Shown here: piece after piece, positions 52,068 through 61,145 of the stretch
How positions within the stretch are numbered: the stretch's first letter is position 1
Layout of the letters: every line of letters begins with the position of its first letter
Sequence record: MT446396.1
Reading direction: 5' to 3' (one strand)
DNA: 64,000 nucleotides
Origin: Escherichia virus TH22
Position numbers and translations under genes: made by a program
Notes under the pieces: model-generated
What the model saw: the letters and a program-made list of their open reading frames with translations, nothing else
Database searches by the model: none
Told to the model about the DNA's origin: nothing

Positions 52068-53340
52068 CCAGCGGTGGAAGTTTAACACCAAGATAAGAAC
52101 TCAATTGACTTTGGTTAGCCATCTTATCCATATCAGCTCCATCAATAAGGCGAGCTTCTTTATCATCTTTAGCAACGGTGTAAGGGTTCGCAGTCAAAGC
52201 ATAACGAGCTAACAGTGCAACCGTAGGCTGTAAGCTTTCAGGGTCAACAATAACCTTGAATTCCCCAACCGAGGTATCACCCTCATCATCAACTTCGCTA
52301 AGCCCTTCCGTATAAGGCGCATAATACAAAGATGCGACCGTCTGACCTTCACCCATATCTGCATTTACACCAACAATAACATAATCACATGGACTATTCA
52401 TATCAGCGTAAAGAGGCAAACCGTTCTTCAGAACACCATAGGCCAATTCATCCTGGTCTTCCTTTTTCTCAACCCAGCCAGAAGCGGCTAAAATAGCTGC
52501 ACAACGGGAAGAAGCAACCGCATATGTACCAGCAAACGAAGTCTGACGTTGAACTGCAGAATTCATTTCACACATATAATAATACAGGGTTCGCGCGCGG
52601 TCCTGCGCGTTATCATATTTCGGGTCAGTAAGATTCAATACACCTTTTTCCGAAACACCTTGCACCTTGAAGCGGGAACTAACAGTAATAAGGGATTGCA
52701 ATACATCCTTATTAATTTCCTCTGCCATTTGAATGCCGAGAATATTATCGATGAAGTCTGTTGCATCAAAACCGTTTGCTTCCAGGTCCTGGGCAAGCTC
52801 GACAGTTAAAGAAGTTTTCAACTTTCTGGATTTAACTTCAGTCTGCCATTTATCGATACGAAAACCAGCTTCAGCAATTTCAGGATGCCCCTTTTCAAAT
52901 TTATCAGTGAAAGCAGCATCTGACATCATTCTTATATGCCCAGCAGCAATGGCTTCAGAAATAACTTCACCTAAATCAGTTTCGAGTGTACCGGCGAATG
53001 GGGATGCTTCCAAAACTTTGAACACAACACTTTCAAACTGGAACATATCGCCGACTGCATAAGCTTCGTCTTTGTTTGTAAATTCTGGAATATTCTTACG
53101 CTCGAACATACCAATCTGACCTGCAAATGTTGCTCCACCGAGATAAGTCATTTTATCATCTGGGTTCAGAACACGAACACCATACAGCGCTGCAACAGGC
53201 TGGGTAGTTTTCTGTTCGGCCACGAGCGCTTTAAAAATTCGTTTATTCGTGGCTTGAGTATAAGAAAGCAAATTAGGACGGGCGACCTGGTTGGCCGCCG
53301 TTAATGTTGATTCGTGAATTAGTGCATTAATCTTTTGCAT
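52057..53340 (-). CDS. second, diverged copy of head vertex protein gp24 (gp23/gp24 fold)
   Basis: 427 aa; colinear similarity to the adjacent gp24 (MQKINALIHESTLT... vs MAKINKLLRESTIT...; shared KSRKLKT..TVELAQDLEANGF, NKDVLQSLITVS, YAPYTEGL, ANPYTVAKDDKEAR). Confidence 0.8.
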   Translation of the reverse strand: MQKINALIHESTLTAANQVARPNLLSYTQATNKRIFKALVAEQKTTQPVAALYGVRVLNPDDKMTYLGGATFAGQIGMFERKNIPEFTNKDEAYAVGDMFQFESVVFKVLEASPFAGTLETDLGEVISEAIAAGHIRMMSDAAFTDKFEKGHPEIAEAGFRIDKWQTEVKSRKLKTSLTVELAQDLEANGFDATDFIDNILGIQMAEEINKDVLQSLITVSSRFKVQGVSEKGVLNLTDPKYDNAQDRARTLYYYMCEMNSAVQRQTSFAGTYAVASSRCAAILAASGWVEKKEDQDELAYGVLKNGLPLYADMNSPCDYVIVGVNADMGEGQTVASLYYAPYTEGLSEVDDEGDTSVGEFKVIVDPESLQPTVALLARYALTANPYTVAKDDKEARLIDGADMDKMANQSQLSSYLGVKLPPLEKE

Positions 53341-54621
53341 TTACGCCTCATAAATGATTGGCGGAAGTTTAACACCGAGCAGATAAGACATATTGCTCTG
53401 ACCGGCCATTAAATCCATATTGGTTGCATCGATAATACGAGCTTCTTTATCGTCTTTAGCAACGGTGTACGGGTTAGCTGAAAGTGCGTAACGAACCATC
53501 AGAGAGATAGATGGCTGCAAGCTGTCTGGGTCCACAATGACCTTAAACGCACCAACGTGCTCTTCATCATCCAAGTCCAGGCCTTCGGTATAAGGAGCAT
53601 AGAAAATTGCGCCTACGACTTCGTTTCCGCCGTAATTTTCTTTAACACCAACAGTTACATAATCCAATGGACTGTTAACATCACAGAATACAGGGAGGCC
53701 ATTAATCAAATAACCGTACGCTGTTTCGGGGAGCCACTGTTCGTCTTCTGGTCTGTGTTTCAACCAACCAGAACCGGCCAACATAGCAGCAACACGGCTA
53801 GAGGCAACAACAAAGGTACCGGAATAAGATGTAGTTTTCTGAATTTCGGAGTTCATTTCGCAAACCAGTTCGTACAGTTTACGTGCACCTTCTGGGGCTG
53901 CATCGTATGTTAAATCGATGGTGCCATTGTCAGAAACGCCAGTTACTTTATAACGCTTGGAAACGGTAATAAGAGACTGAAGAACATCTTTGTTAATTTC
54001 ATCTGCCATAATAGTGGCAAGCAGGTCTTCTAAGAAAGCAGGAGCATTAAAACCATTTGCTTCCATATCCTGGGCAAGTTCAACAGTTAATGCAGTTTTC
54101 AATTTACGTGTTTTAACCGGAGCATTCCATTTGTTAACCTGGAATACAGCATTGCTAATTTCAACATCACCGGCTTCGAATTTTTCAGTGTGTGCGGCAT
54201 CAGGAACAAGGCGAATAGTCGATGCAATAAGACCTTCTTGCAGAACATCAGATAACACTGTTTCTGTGGTCGATGCAAATGGATTATCAACCAGAGCTTT
54301 GTAAACGATATTTTGGTATTTTATATATTCGCCTTTAGCCACAGGCTGAGTGGCTGTAGTTAATTCTGGAATAGTTGTGCGGTCTTTAGAACCGACTTCG
54401 CCTCCATAAGTAGCGCCCGTCTGGAAACTGAATTCATTATCAGGAGTAAGATATTTAACACCATACAGTGCAGCAACAGGTTGGTTAGTACGTTGTTCAG
54501 CGATGATATCGCGGTAAATCAATTTAGTCGTAGCGCGGGTCAAAGCAACAAGATTCGGGCGGCCCAAGGAGTTGCTGGTAGTAATAGTTGACTCGCGCAG
54601 TAATTTGTTAATCTTTGCCAT
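53341..54621 (-). CDS. 24: head vertex protein gp24
   Basis: 426 aa; close match to recalled T4 gp24 (MAKIN.LLREST.T.SNS.GRPNLVALTRATTKLIY.DI.A.QRTNQPVAA). Confidence 0.9.
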   Translation of the reverse strand: MAKINKLLRESTITTSNSLGRPNLVALTRATTKLIYRDIIAEQRTNQPVAALYGVKYLTPDNEFSFQTGATYGGEVGSKDRTTIPELTTATQPVAKGEYIKYQNIVYKALVDNPFASTTETVLSDVLQEGLIASTIRLVPDAAHTEKFEAGDVEISNAVFQVNKWNAPVKTRKLKTALTVELAQDMEANGFNAPAFLEDLLATIMADEINKDVLQSLITVSKRYKVTGVSDNGTIDLTYDAAPEGARKLYELVCEMNSEIQKTTSYSGTFVVASSRVAAMLAGSGWLKHRPEDEQWLPETAYGYLINGLPVFCDVNSPLDYVTVGVKENYGGNEVVGAIFYAPYTEGLDLDDEEHVGAFKVIVDPDSLQPSISLMVRYALSANPYTVAKDDKEARIIDATNMDLMAGQSNMSYLLGVKLPPIIYEA

Positions 54622-54647
54622 TTGCGCTTTCCTTTTGTGATATACTT

Positions 54648-54655
54648 TATTTATA
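54648..54655 (-). promoter_or_regulatory. late promoter (TATAAATA) for gene 24
   Basis: tatttata on plus strand, about 27 nt upstream of the gene 24 ATG. Confidence 0.55.
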
Positions 54656-54661
54656 AAAGTT

Positions 54662-54691
54662 GTTTACAACCAGATTAAGATAAGACATAAT
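54662..54691 (+). promoter_or_regulatory. early promoter (GTTTAC, N18, CATAAT) with conserved leader, divergent from the gene 24 late promoter
   Basis: Seen in sequence. Confidence 0.55.
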
Positions 54692-54733
54692 GATTCCATA
54701 CTGAGTTAACAAACAAAACCTTGGAGTTTAAAA

Positions 54734-55015
54734 ATGAACAAAGCAACTTTCCTTCTGAACACCTTTAAAAAATTGGAAATTGAAGTTATTACATTGGTCA
54801 ACAAATACCCAAATGGTGTTAATGGTAATGCTCTGAACAAACTAGTTAAAAAATATGAAAACTTAGCATATGACACTGATTTCTGGTGGAATGGTAATTA
54901 TTCTACTCACACTAAAGATAAAAATGGTAACTGGTTGAAACTTCAAGAAAACAATGTTAACTTCAGAGACCTCATCAAGCGCCGGGTAGAAGTTCATTTA
55001 AATGGTATGGTATGA
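54734..55015 (+). CDS. hypothetical protein (93 aa), early-promoter moron between genes 24 and 23
   Basis: RBS GGAG; bracketed by early promoter and terminator; opposite strand to flanking late genes. Confidence 0.55.
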   Translation: MNKATFLLNTFKKLEIEVITLVNKYPNGVNGNALNKLVKKYENLAYDTDFWWNGNYSTHTKDKNGNWLKLQENNVNFRDLIKRRVEVHLNGMV

Positions 55016-55023
55016 AAACAAGA

Positions 55024-55049
55024 AAGGGACCTCAAGGGTCCCTTTTTAT
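55024..55049 (+). terminator. intrinsic terminator (GGGACC-TCAAG-GGTCCC + T-run)
   Basis: Seen in sequence. Confidence 0.65.
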
Positions 55050-55065
55050 TTAACTTAATCTAGGA

Positions 55066-56625
55066 TTAAATTCCTTTAACATATACGCGGCGGAAGTAAC
55101 CGTTCAAGCCGAGGCTGTTAACGATGTCTGGCATGCCGTTCTGAATGCGCTTGGTCGGAGCCTGAGCTACCGGGTCAGCGAACGGGTTAATACCGATACC
55201 GTAACGGGTTTTGAAGCCCATAACCGGCTGGAAGTTTTTCGGGTCAGAGCCACGCAGCGGGGTCAGTGCAACATATGGTGCGTAGTAGATACCAGCATCC
55301 ATTTCGTTAGCGCCTTTGTAACCGATGGTGAAATAGTCTGCACGAGCATACTGGTCGATGTATACACGGTATTTGCCACCCAGAACACCAGCGAACACAG
55401 CTTTAGTGGTGTCAACGTTGAAACCTTTACCCAGACCCTGAGCAGCATAAGATACGGAGGTATCAACTGCAGCCAGTACGTTAACTACGTTACGGGAAGC
55501 GATGATGAAGTTACCTGCACCACGGCCAGTCTGACGAGCGATTTCAGCGGCTTCTTTATCAATCTGGAACAGTAAAGCTTTGAAGCTTTCACCAGCCCAA
55601 CGAGCGCCACGGATATCAATCGGGTCCTGGAAGTCAAACACACCAGCTTTAGCGCCAACGGTGTTGGTCATACCAGATTTACCAACCTGTGCGGAGTAGT
55701 TAATCCAATCGATAACTTCGCGGTTGATTTCCAGCATAATTTCGGTAGCCAGAATACCACTCAATTCGGCATCAGCATCCATACCATGAACAGCGCGCAG
55801 GTCCTGTGCCAGTTCGATGGAGTAACTTGCTTTCAGCTGACGGGATTTAGCTTCGATAACTTGTTTATCGATACGGAAGCCCATTTCGTTCCACGGGTTA
55901 TCAGTAGAACCGTTGAAGCCTTCCTGCAATTCGGCGATAGAGGTAGCCATACCTTCAGCGATTTCGGCCAGCTTACCAGCTTCGAGCAGTTTGGTAACTT
56001 CGGCGTCAAGTTTAGCGGCATCAGTAGCAGCAGCATCAACGGTTACAGCTTCAACAGCCTGGAAGTGCGCGGCACCGGTTGCTTCGAAGAAGTGAGAATA
56101 AATTTTACCAACGGTAAGAACTTTGCTTGCAGCCAGAGCTTCGAAAGCCTCAGCAGCGCCCTGACCAGAGAACATAGCATTTGGAGCATACATCGGGTGG
56201 AAAGCTTCTTTAGCACCAGCAGCTACAGGGTCTTTACCGTAAACTGCACGCAGGGCAAATACCTGGCCAGTCGGGTTGTTCAGAGGCTGTACGCCACAAA
56301 TATCAAACGCAATCAGATGTGGGATAGCACGACGAACCATACCCATAACTGCCGGCCCAATCTGAGTTACTGCACCAGAGGTCTGGCCAGCAGCGATATT
56401 GGTAGCATCATAACCATGGTCACCACCGATTTCAGCTTCGGTCAGGAAAGAACCAAATGCTTCGGAGATTTTTTCGTCACGGTATTCAGGAGCGGTCAGA
56501 ATATCTTGTTCCTGGTTTTCAAAGATTTTAGCGATGATAGCTTGTTTAGAAGCACCAACGATTTCCGGAAGAGCTTCGTTTTCCAGCAGAGCGGACCATT
56601 TTTGAACTAATGCATTCTTTTTCAT
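55066..56625 (-). CDS. 23: major capsid protein gp23
   Basis: 519 aa; very high similarity over the whole length to recalled T4 gp23. Confidence 0.95.
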   Translation of the reverse strand: MKKNALVQKWSALLENEALPEIVGASKQAIIAKIFENQEQDILTAPEYRDEKISEAFGSFLTEAEIGGDHGYDATNIAAGQTSGAVTQIGPAVMGMVRRAIPHLIAFDICGVQPLNNPTGQVFALRAVYGKDPVAAGAKEAFHPMYAPNAMFSGQGAAEAFEALAASKVLTVGKIYSHFFEATGAAHFQAVEAVTVDAAATDAAKLDAEVTKLLEAGKLAEIAEGMATSIAELQEGFNGSTDNPWNEMGFRIDKQVIEAKSRQLKASYSIELAQDLRAVHGMDADAELSGILATEIMLEINREVIDWINYSAQVGKSGMTNTVGAKAGVFDFQDPIDIRGARWAGESFKALLFQIDKEAAEIARQTGRGAGNFIIASRNVVNVLAAVDTSVSYAAQGLGKGFNVDTTKAVFAGVLGGKYRVYIDQYARADYFTIGYKGANEMDAGIYYAPYVALTPLRGSDPKNFQPVMGFKTRYGIGINPFADPVAQAPTKRIQNGMPDIVNSLGLNGYFRRVYVKGI

Positions 56626-56646
56626 GTGTTGTATAACCTTATTAAA

Positions 56647-57465
56647 TTAAGAAATTCGTGATGCTGCGAGAGCAGACAAGTCCGCGAAGGACAGGGTAGG
56701 CTTGGCGCCTTTTTCTTCAACTGCTTCTGAAATGTAATTCAGTGCCGCAGCATCGTCTACATTTTTATTTATAGCGGCTTCGGTGATTGGTTTGTCGGTG
56801 GGTTCTACCTGACCTTTAACCATTTCAACGATAGCGCCAATTTTGGTACCGAATGCATCAGAGTATTCCATGCCTTCTACCAGAGAACCAACTTTTTCTT
56901 TTTGAGATTCAGTCAGGTCTTTAGTCGCTTCAGTCAACGCAACTTCACGTTGGACATAATTGATATAAGCATCACGCTTAGCAACTTCTTCGAACAGATT
57001 AGCGGTTTCTTCTTTCTGTTCAGCCAGTTCTTCCTGCATTTCTGCAACAACATCGACAGATTCTTCTGGAACAACAACGTTGTGCTCAACGAACAGTTCT
57101 TTCATGCCGGTGAACATGGATTCGAACAGGTCAGCTTTAATGCCACGGTCGACAGCCAGTTTATTTTCAGCGAGCCATTCTTTAGCAACGTGGTCCAGGA
57201 ATTTAGCTGCAGATTCTTTCAGTTTTTTCTCTGCTTTTTCGTCGGCTTCTTCTTTATTCTTTTCGACTTCTTCTTCAGCTTTTTCAGCGATGGCGTGAAT
57301 GTGAGATTCTGCCAGTTTGATGGCGTGTTGCTTGACGGTAGCTTCGAATACAGTGCCGAAGGTAGCTTTCGCTTCCGGGGACAAATTAACTGATTCGAAA
57401 ATACTATCGAGAGCAACGGAAGCATCGATATTCTGAGCTTCAGAAATGAGTTGTTCTTTAAGCAT
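56647..57465 (-). CDS. 22: prohead core scaffold protein gp22
   Basis: 272 aa, acidic coiled-coil-like; synteny and size as T4 gp22. Confidence 0.85.
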   Translation of the reverse strand: MLKEQLISEAQNIDASVALDSIFESVNLSPEAKATFGTVFEATVKQHAIKLAESHIHAIAEKAEEEVEKNKEEADEKAEKKLKESAAKFLDHVAKEWLAENKLAVDRGIKADLFESMFTGMKELFVEHNVVVPEESVDVVAEMQEELAEQKEETANLFEEVAKRDAYINYVQREVALTEATKDLTESQKEKVGSLVEGMEYSDAFGTKIGAIVEMVKGQVEPTDKPITEAAINKNVDDAAALNYISEAVEEKGAKPTLSFADLSALAASRIS

Positions 57466-57493
57466 TTTGTAGTCCTGTTGTTAAGATATACAT

Positions 57494-57501
57494 TTATTTA
57501 T
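57494..57501 (-). promoter_or_regulatory. late promoter (TATAAATA) upstream of gene 22
   Basis: tatttata on plus strand overlapping the gp21 stop. Confidence 0.5.
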
Positions 57502-58136
57502 AACGTCTTTAAAGCCTCTGCGAGAGCCATAAAGGCGTCATCGGCACTGGTATCGGCAACTGCCGTTTGTGATTCTGTAATCTGCTTTGGTTTGACCCAA
57601 GCGTCCGGAGCACTTGGCCCCCATACTGCATCTACTCCAACCGTCAATTTAAAACCTTCATTAACGATGCTATAACCTTTTGCTGATTTAGTCAAGGAAC
57701 CAAGTCCACGACTAGATACACCTGGAATCCAACCTGCTCTTATATTTGCAGCAAGTTTATCACCTGGGCCATGGTCGCCTTCGATAATGCGCGCGCGACC
57801 ATATACATCATTACCTTTCCACCACATATCTTCAATAATAATAGCGGCTTGCATAGGGTCGACGTTAGCACGGGGCGGATGATTTAATTCTCCTAAAGCT
57901 TGTTTAGTAGCAACCTGTTCTGCCATATAATCAGCAACGGCTTTTTCCAAAATATGTTTAGGATAAAGTCGTTTATTACGGTTAACAACTTCAGCTTGTA
58001 GGAAAATACCTTCAATATAAAGTCCTGGCTTTAAATCGCTGTTGGAACCGTCATGAGATTCCAACATCGGTACACCATCTTTAATTTCGCCCGGTTGACC
58101 CCAGTGTTCGATTAGTAACTCTGGTTTCTGTTCCAT
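57498..58136 (-). CDS. 21: prohead protease gp21
   Basis: 212 aa; match to recalled T4 gp21 (LLIE.WG.PGEI..GVPM.ESHDG, LKPGLYIEGIF). Confidence 0.95.
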   Translation of the reverse strand: MEQKPELLIEHWGQPGEIKDGVPMLESHDGSNSDLKPGLYIEGIFLQAEVVNRNKRLYPKHILEKAVADYMAEQVATKQALGELNHPPRANVDPMQAAIIIEDMWWKGNDVYGRARIIEGDHGPGDKLAANIRAGWIPGVSSRGLGSLTKSAKGYSIVNEGFKLTVGVDAVWGPSAPDAWVKPKQITESQTAVADTSADDAFMALAEALKTL

Positions 58137-58564
58137 TAATCAAGTCCGAATGCTTTACGCTTAGCTCGAGCTTTTTTGCGCTTGCGCTCTGCTCTGATTT
58201 GCGTAGATGGGTTTGCTCTTTTCGTTTTAGTAGCCAGACGGGCAATTTGACGACGTTTAGCTTTAGAAAGACCAGTTGTTTGGAAAGCATTACGCTTACG
58301 AGTAGCTAGGTCTTTTGTGCGGGTTAACTCACCGCGAGACGATACATGTTTAACGATAAATTCGTTAAGCTGAACACCTTCATTCAGCGCGCCGATAACC
58401 GTTGCTTTTTCATATTCACCGGCTGCAAACATGTTTTCTACAATAATATTTATATCGTCTTTTTCTAAGGCTTCAGATAATGAATCAAATTGTCCCTGAG
58501 CTTCTTCGGAAACACTTTCAATGTTTTCAAGAGTTAATTCGTAATCATCAGGGATAATAAACAT
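58136..58564 (-). CDS. 68: prohead core protein gp68
   Basis: 142 aa with basic C-terminus; synteny and size as T4 gp68. Confidence 0.7.
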   Translation of the reverse strand: MFIIPDDYELTLENIESVSEEAQGQFDSLSEALEKDDINIIVENMFAAGEYEKATVIGALNEGVQLNEFIVKHVSSRGELTRTKDLATRKRNAFQTTGLSKAKRRQIARLATKTKRANPSTQIRAERKRKKARAKRKAFGLD

Positions 58565-58818
58565 TATTCATCGTCCTCATCATCATCTTCGTCATCGTCG
58601 CCTTCGTCGGCGTCATCAGATTCTTTTTTGTCTTTCTTTTCTGCTTTACCGTCTTCATCATCTTCTTTAGGCTCTTCGCCTTCAATCATGATGGAACGTG
58701 CAATTTCAATCTTACGTTCTTCAATCAAACTACCGCATACTGGGCCAATGTTTTCAGCAAAATATTTGCGAACGGCTACGAGGTCGTTTGATTTAATGGC
58801 TTCAAATAAATCATCCAT
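58564..58818 (-). CDS. 67: prohead core protein gp67
   Basis: 84 aa with poly-acidic C-terminus; motif [14 protein letters not shown] as recalled for T4 gp67. Confidence 0.75.
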   Translation of the reverse strand: MDDLFEAIKSNDLVAVRKYFAENIGPVCGSLIEERKIEIARSIMIEGEEPKEDDEDGKAEKKDKKESDDADEGDDDEDDDEDDE

Positions 58819-60392
58819 TAGAAATCCTCTTCTTCTTCTTCAGGGTTTTGGAAACGAGCCTCTTTGGACTCCAATTCAATTTGCTTAGCTTCTTGATTAA
58901 TTTCTTCATCAGACATCTGGAGGAAGTCCTTCATAGCCGTTTGATGCGAAATATATTTACCGATAAACGGTTCAGCCATCGTTAGCATATTGATTCTGCG
59001 TTCCATGATTTCTGCGTCTTTCATTTCGGTGAAATAGCTATCACGGTTGAACGTAACTTTAATATTATTTAGTTCCTTTTCCCATTCCTCTTCTGAAATA
59101 ATTTTTTTCAGGATAAGGTTGGTTTTAAGCGGGTCGAGGAAAACTTCTTCAAATTTATTCTGTAGCTGCCTAATCCATTTAGAGAAATTCAATTCATCGC
59201 GAGTAATTGTCGCGCCCGCATCAAACATAACGCCGCTGTTTTGGTCATTAGGGATACGAGATAATGGAATTCGGAGAGCCTGATATAGGTTGTTCTTAAA
59301 CCAGCGAACATCGTCCATATCCGACATGCCTTGTGCACCCGGGAGTGTATCAACTTCGGTGACTGCTTTACCATCACGACGTTGCAACCAATAGTCTTCT
59401 GTCATTGACATGTTGTGCTGTTGGTTTTTGATTTTACCCGTGGTTGCATCATATACGACACGGTTTTTCATCGTATTCATAATATGTTGCATGTGTGCTG
59501 CTGCTTTACGAGACGGCATATTCCCAGTATCGATATAAAAGACTCGGCGGTCTGGGGCACGAGTTATACGATAAATGACTAAAGCATCTTCTAATAGTTT
59601 TAATTGGTTTGCAGGTTTAATTGCTCGTTGTAAGTATCCGATGATATTCTTGCCACAGCAATCGAGTAATCCAGAATGCGCATATACAATCGCCGCACGA
59701 GGAATTTTTATTTTAGTACCTGCTTCATATATACGACCATCGGCACAATAACTTTCGTGGCCAGTATCGTATACAAAATATTCTCTGTAACCGTCGACAA
59801 TTTTTGTGCCATTTTCCATGCGTGTAACGATTTCACGGATGAACTGGATTTGTCTTGGGTCAAGGCGACGAAGTTCTTGAACTCCATCTTTAAGTTTTGA
59901 AGGGTTGATAATTTTGTGGAAGAAAATTCGAGAATCCACATACCAACGTTTAAAGTGGTCAGAACCTTTACGCTCGAAATTAAGGAGGTTATTAACTTCC
60001 GCGAATTCTTCGAGGATTCGGTCTTTAATTTTCTGACTAAATTCGGTAGCATCAAGATTAAGAGCTACAACATCTTTACCGTCTTCAAAAACGATAGCAT
60101 CAGACACAATTTCTTGCACCGCGTTATCAACTTCATAATTATTTAGTAAGTTGCGGTAGGTGTCAATTAATTCCCTGGTATTTTTTACTTCAGGTTCATT
60201 ACTCCCGAACATCTGTTGCATCAATGCATTATACGGGACGTTTTGTTCTTGTGACTCAATTTCGCGAGCCCCATCGTCAAACTTCGGCCCGGTCATTGAC
60301 TCTAAATTATTTTTTTCTTGTTGCTTATATTCTTGTTCATCTTCTTTAGCCCAAGGCTTAAGAAAATTTAGTATTGTGTTAAAACCTGCCAT
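58818..60392 (-). CDS. 20: portal vertex protein gp20
   Basis: 524 aa; strong match to recalled T4 gp20 ([48 protein letters not shown]). Confidence 0.95.
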   Translation of the reverse strand: MAGFNTILNFLKPWAKEDEQEYKQQEKNNLESMTGPKFDDGAREIESQEQNVPYNALMQQMFGSNEPEVKNTRELIDTYRNLLNNYEVDNAVQEIVSDAIVFEDGKDVVALNLDATEFSQKIKDRILEEFAEVNNLLNFERKGSDHFKRWYVDSRIFFHKIINPSKLKDGVQELRRLDPRQIQFIREIVTRMENGTKIVDGYREYFVYDTGHESYCADGRIYEAGTKIKIPRAAIVYAHSGLLDCCGKNIIGYLQRAIKPANQLKLLEDALVIYRITRAPDRRVFYIDTGNMPSRKAAAHMQHIMNTMKNRVVYDATTGKIKNQQHNMSMTEDYWLQRRDGKAVTEVDTLPGAQGMSDMDDVRWFKNNLYQALRIPLSRIPNDQNSGVMFDAGATITRDELNFSKWIRQLQNKFEEVFLDPLKTNLILKKIISEEEWEKELNNIKVTFNRDSYFTEMKDAEIMERRINMLTMAEPFIGKYISHQTAMKDFLQMSDEEINQEAKQIELESKEARFQNPEEEEEDF

Positions 60393-60440
60393 TAGAGTCT
60401 CCGAAGTTTGGGAAATGAGGCCGAAGCCTCATAATAACTT

Positions 60441-60448
60441 TATTTATA
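60441..60448 (-). promoter_or_regulatory. late promoter (TATAAATA) for gene 20, followed by a leader hairpin (gaggc-cgaa-gcctc)
   Basis: Seen in sequence between genes 19 and 20. Confidence 0.5.
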
Positions 60449-60449
60449 C

Positions 60450-60941
60450 TTATTCCCACCAGTCAATTGCGAACGTTGCTTCGAACGTTTCAATTTCGTT
60501 GTTACTGTCCCAATCCATCTGGACTTCCCCAACGTTGGTTGGCCACATGCCGGTAATAACAACTTCTTTCGTAACGGTCTTACCATCACGATGGAACTGA
60601 CGAACAGTAGCGGTTTTCTTATAATCAGCAGGAGCTGCACCGGTGATTTCGTTAGTCATACCGTGACACAGGTTTTGCCAATCAACAATTGCTTGACGAA
60701 CTTTATGAGCATCGTCGTTATAAATCGTAATAGTCCAGTCATCAAATGTACGGTCGCCCGCAACGTTGATTTTACGGTTCATGTAACCGACAGGAACTTT
60801 TTCTACAATGCCTGCTGGCATCGGGGCTGCTTTACAATGGAAAGCAAAGTTTTTACCCAGGAATGGGATTTCGACTTCGAACAGGTTAGGGCGAGCAAAG
60901 TCGCCGGATTCGAAAGCGCGTGTGATATCGGTCAACTCCAT
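60450..60941 (-). CDS. 19: tail tube protein gp19
   Basis: 163 aa from internal ATG with AGAGG RBS; strong match to recalled T4 gp19 (DVTRAFESGDFARPNLF.VEI, WPTNVGE.Q.DWDSNNEI.TFE). Confidence 0.9.
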   Translation of the reverse strand: MELTDITRAFESGDFARPNLFEVEIPFLGKNFAFHCKAAPMPAGIVEKVPVGYMNRKINVAGDRTFDDWTITIYNDDAHKVRQAIVDWQNLCHGMTNEITGAAPADYKKTATVRQFHRDGKTVTKEVVITGMWPTNVGEVQMDWDSNNEIETFEATFAIDWWE

Positions 60942-60993
60942 TAAGGAATCCTCTTTATAGACACAGGTCGCGCGAACGCGTCCCTGATGCATG

Positions 60994-61001
60994 TATTTAT
61001 A
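60994..61001 (-). promoter_or_regulatory. late promoter (TATAAATA) for gene 19, proximal copy
   Basis: tatttata on plus strand, 52 nt upstream of the gene 19 ATG. Confidence 0.5.
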
Positions 61002-61072
61002 CTAGGTAATATGATTCATCATCTCAAGATAATGGCTTCCCAGAATCAACCACAGGAGCCCGTAGAACCGAT

Positions 61073-61100
61073 TATGCTTTTATTTATATCACTGTATAAT
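61073..61100 (+). promoter_or_regulatory. middle-promoter-like cassette (ATGCTTTT box ... TATAAT-ggttctacgg) oriented antisense to gene 18, flanked by a perfect 10-bp inverted repeat
   Basis: Near-identical to the promoters at 45587 and 50905 but no plus-strand gene downstream. Confidence 0.4.
61081..61088 (-). promoter_or_regulatory. late promoter (TATAAATA) for gene 19, distal copy
   Basis: tatttata on plus strand. Confidence 0.45.
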
Positions 61101-61145
61101 GGTTCTACGGTTTCTAACTGATTAATTCATTCTAAGCGATGATAA

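Noticed and set aside
55786-56610. 274-aa plus-strand ORF
   Set aside because: Lies entirely antisense within the major capsid gene 23; shadow ORF.
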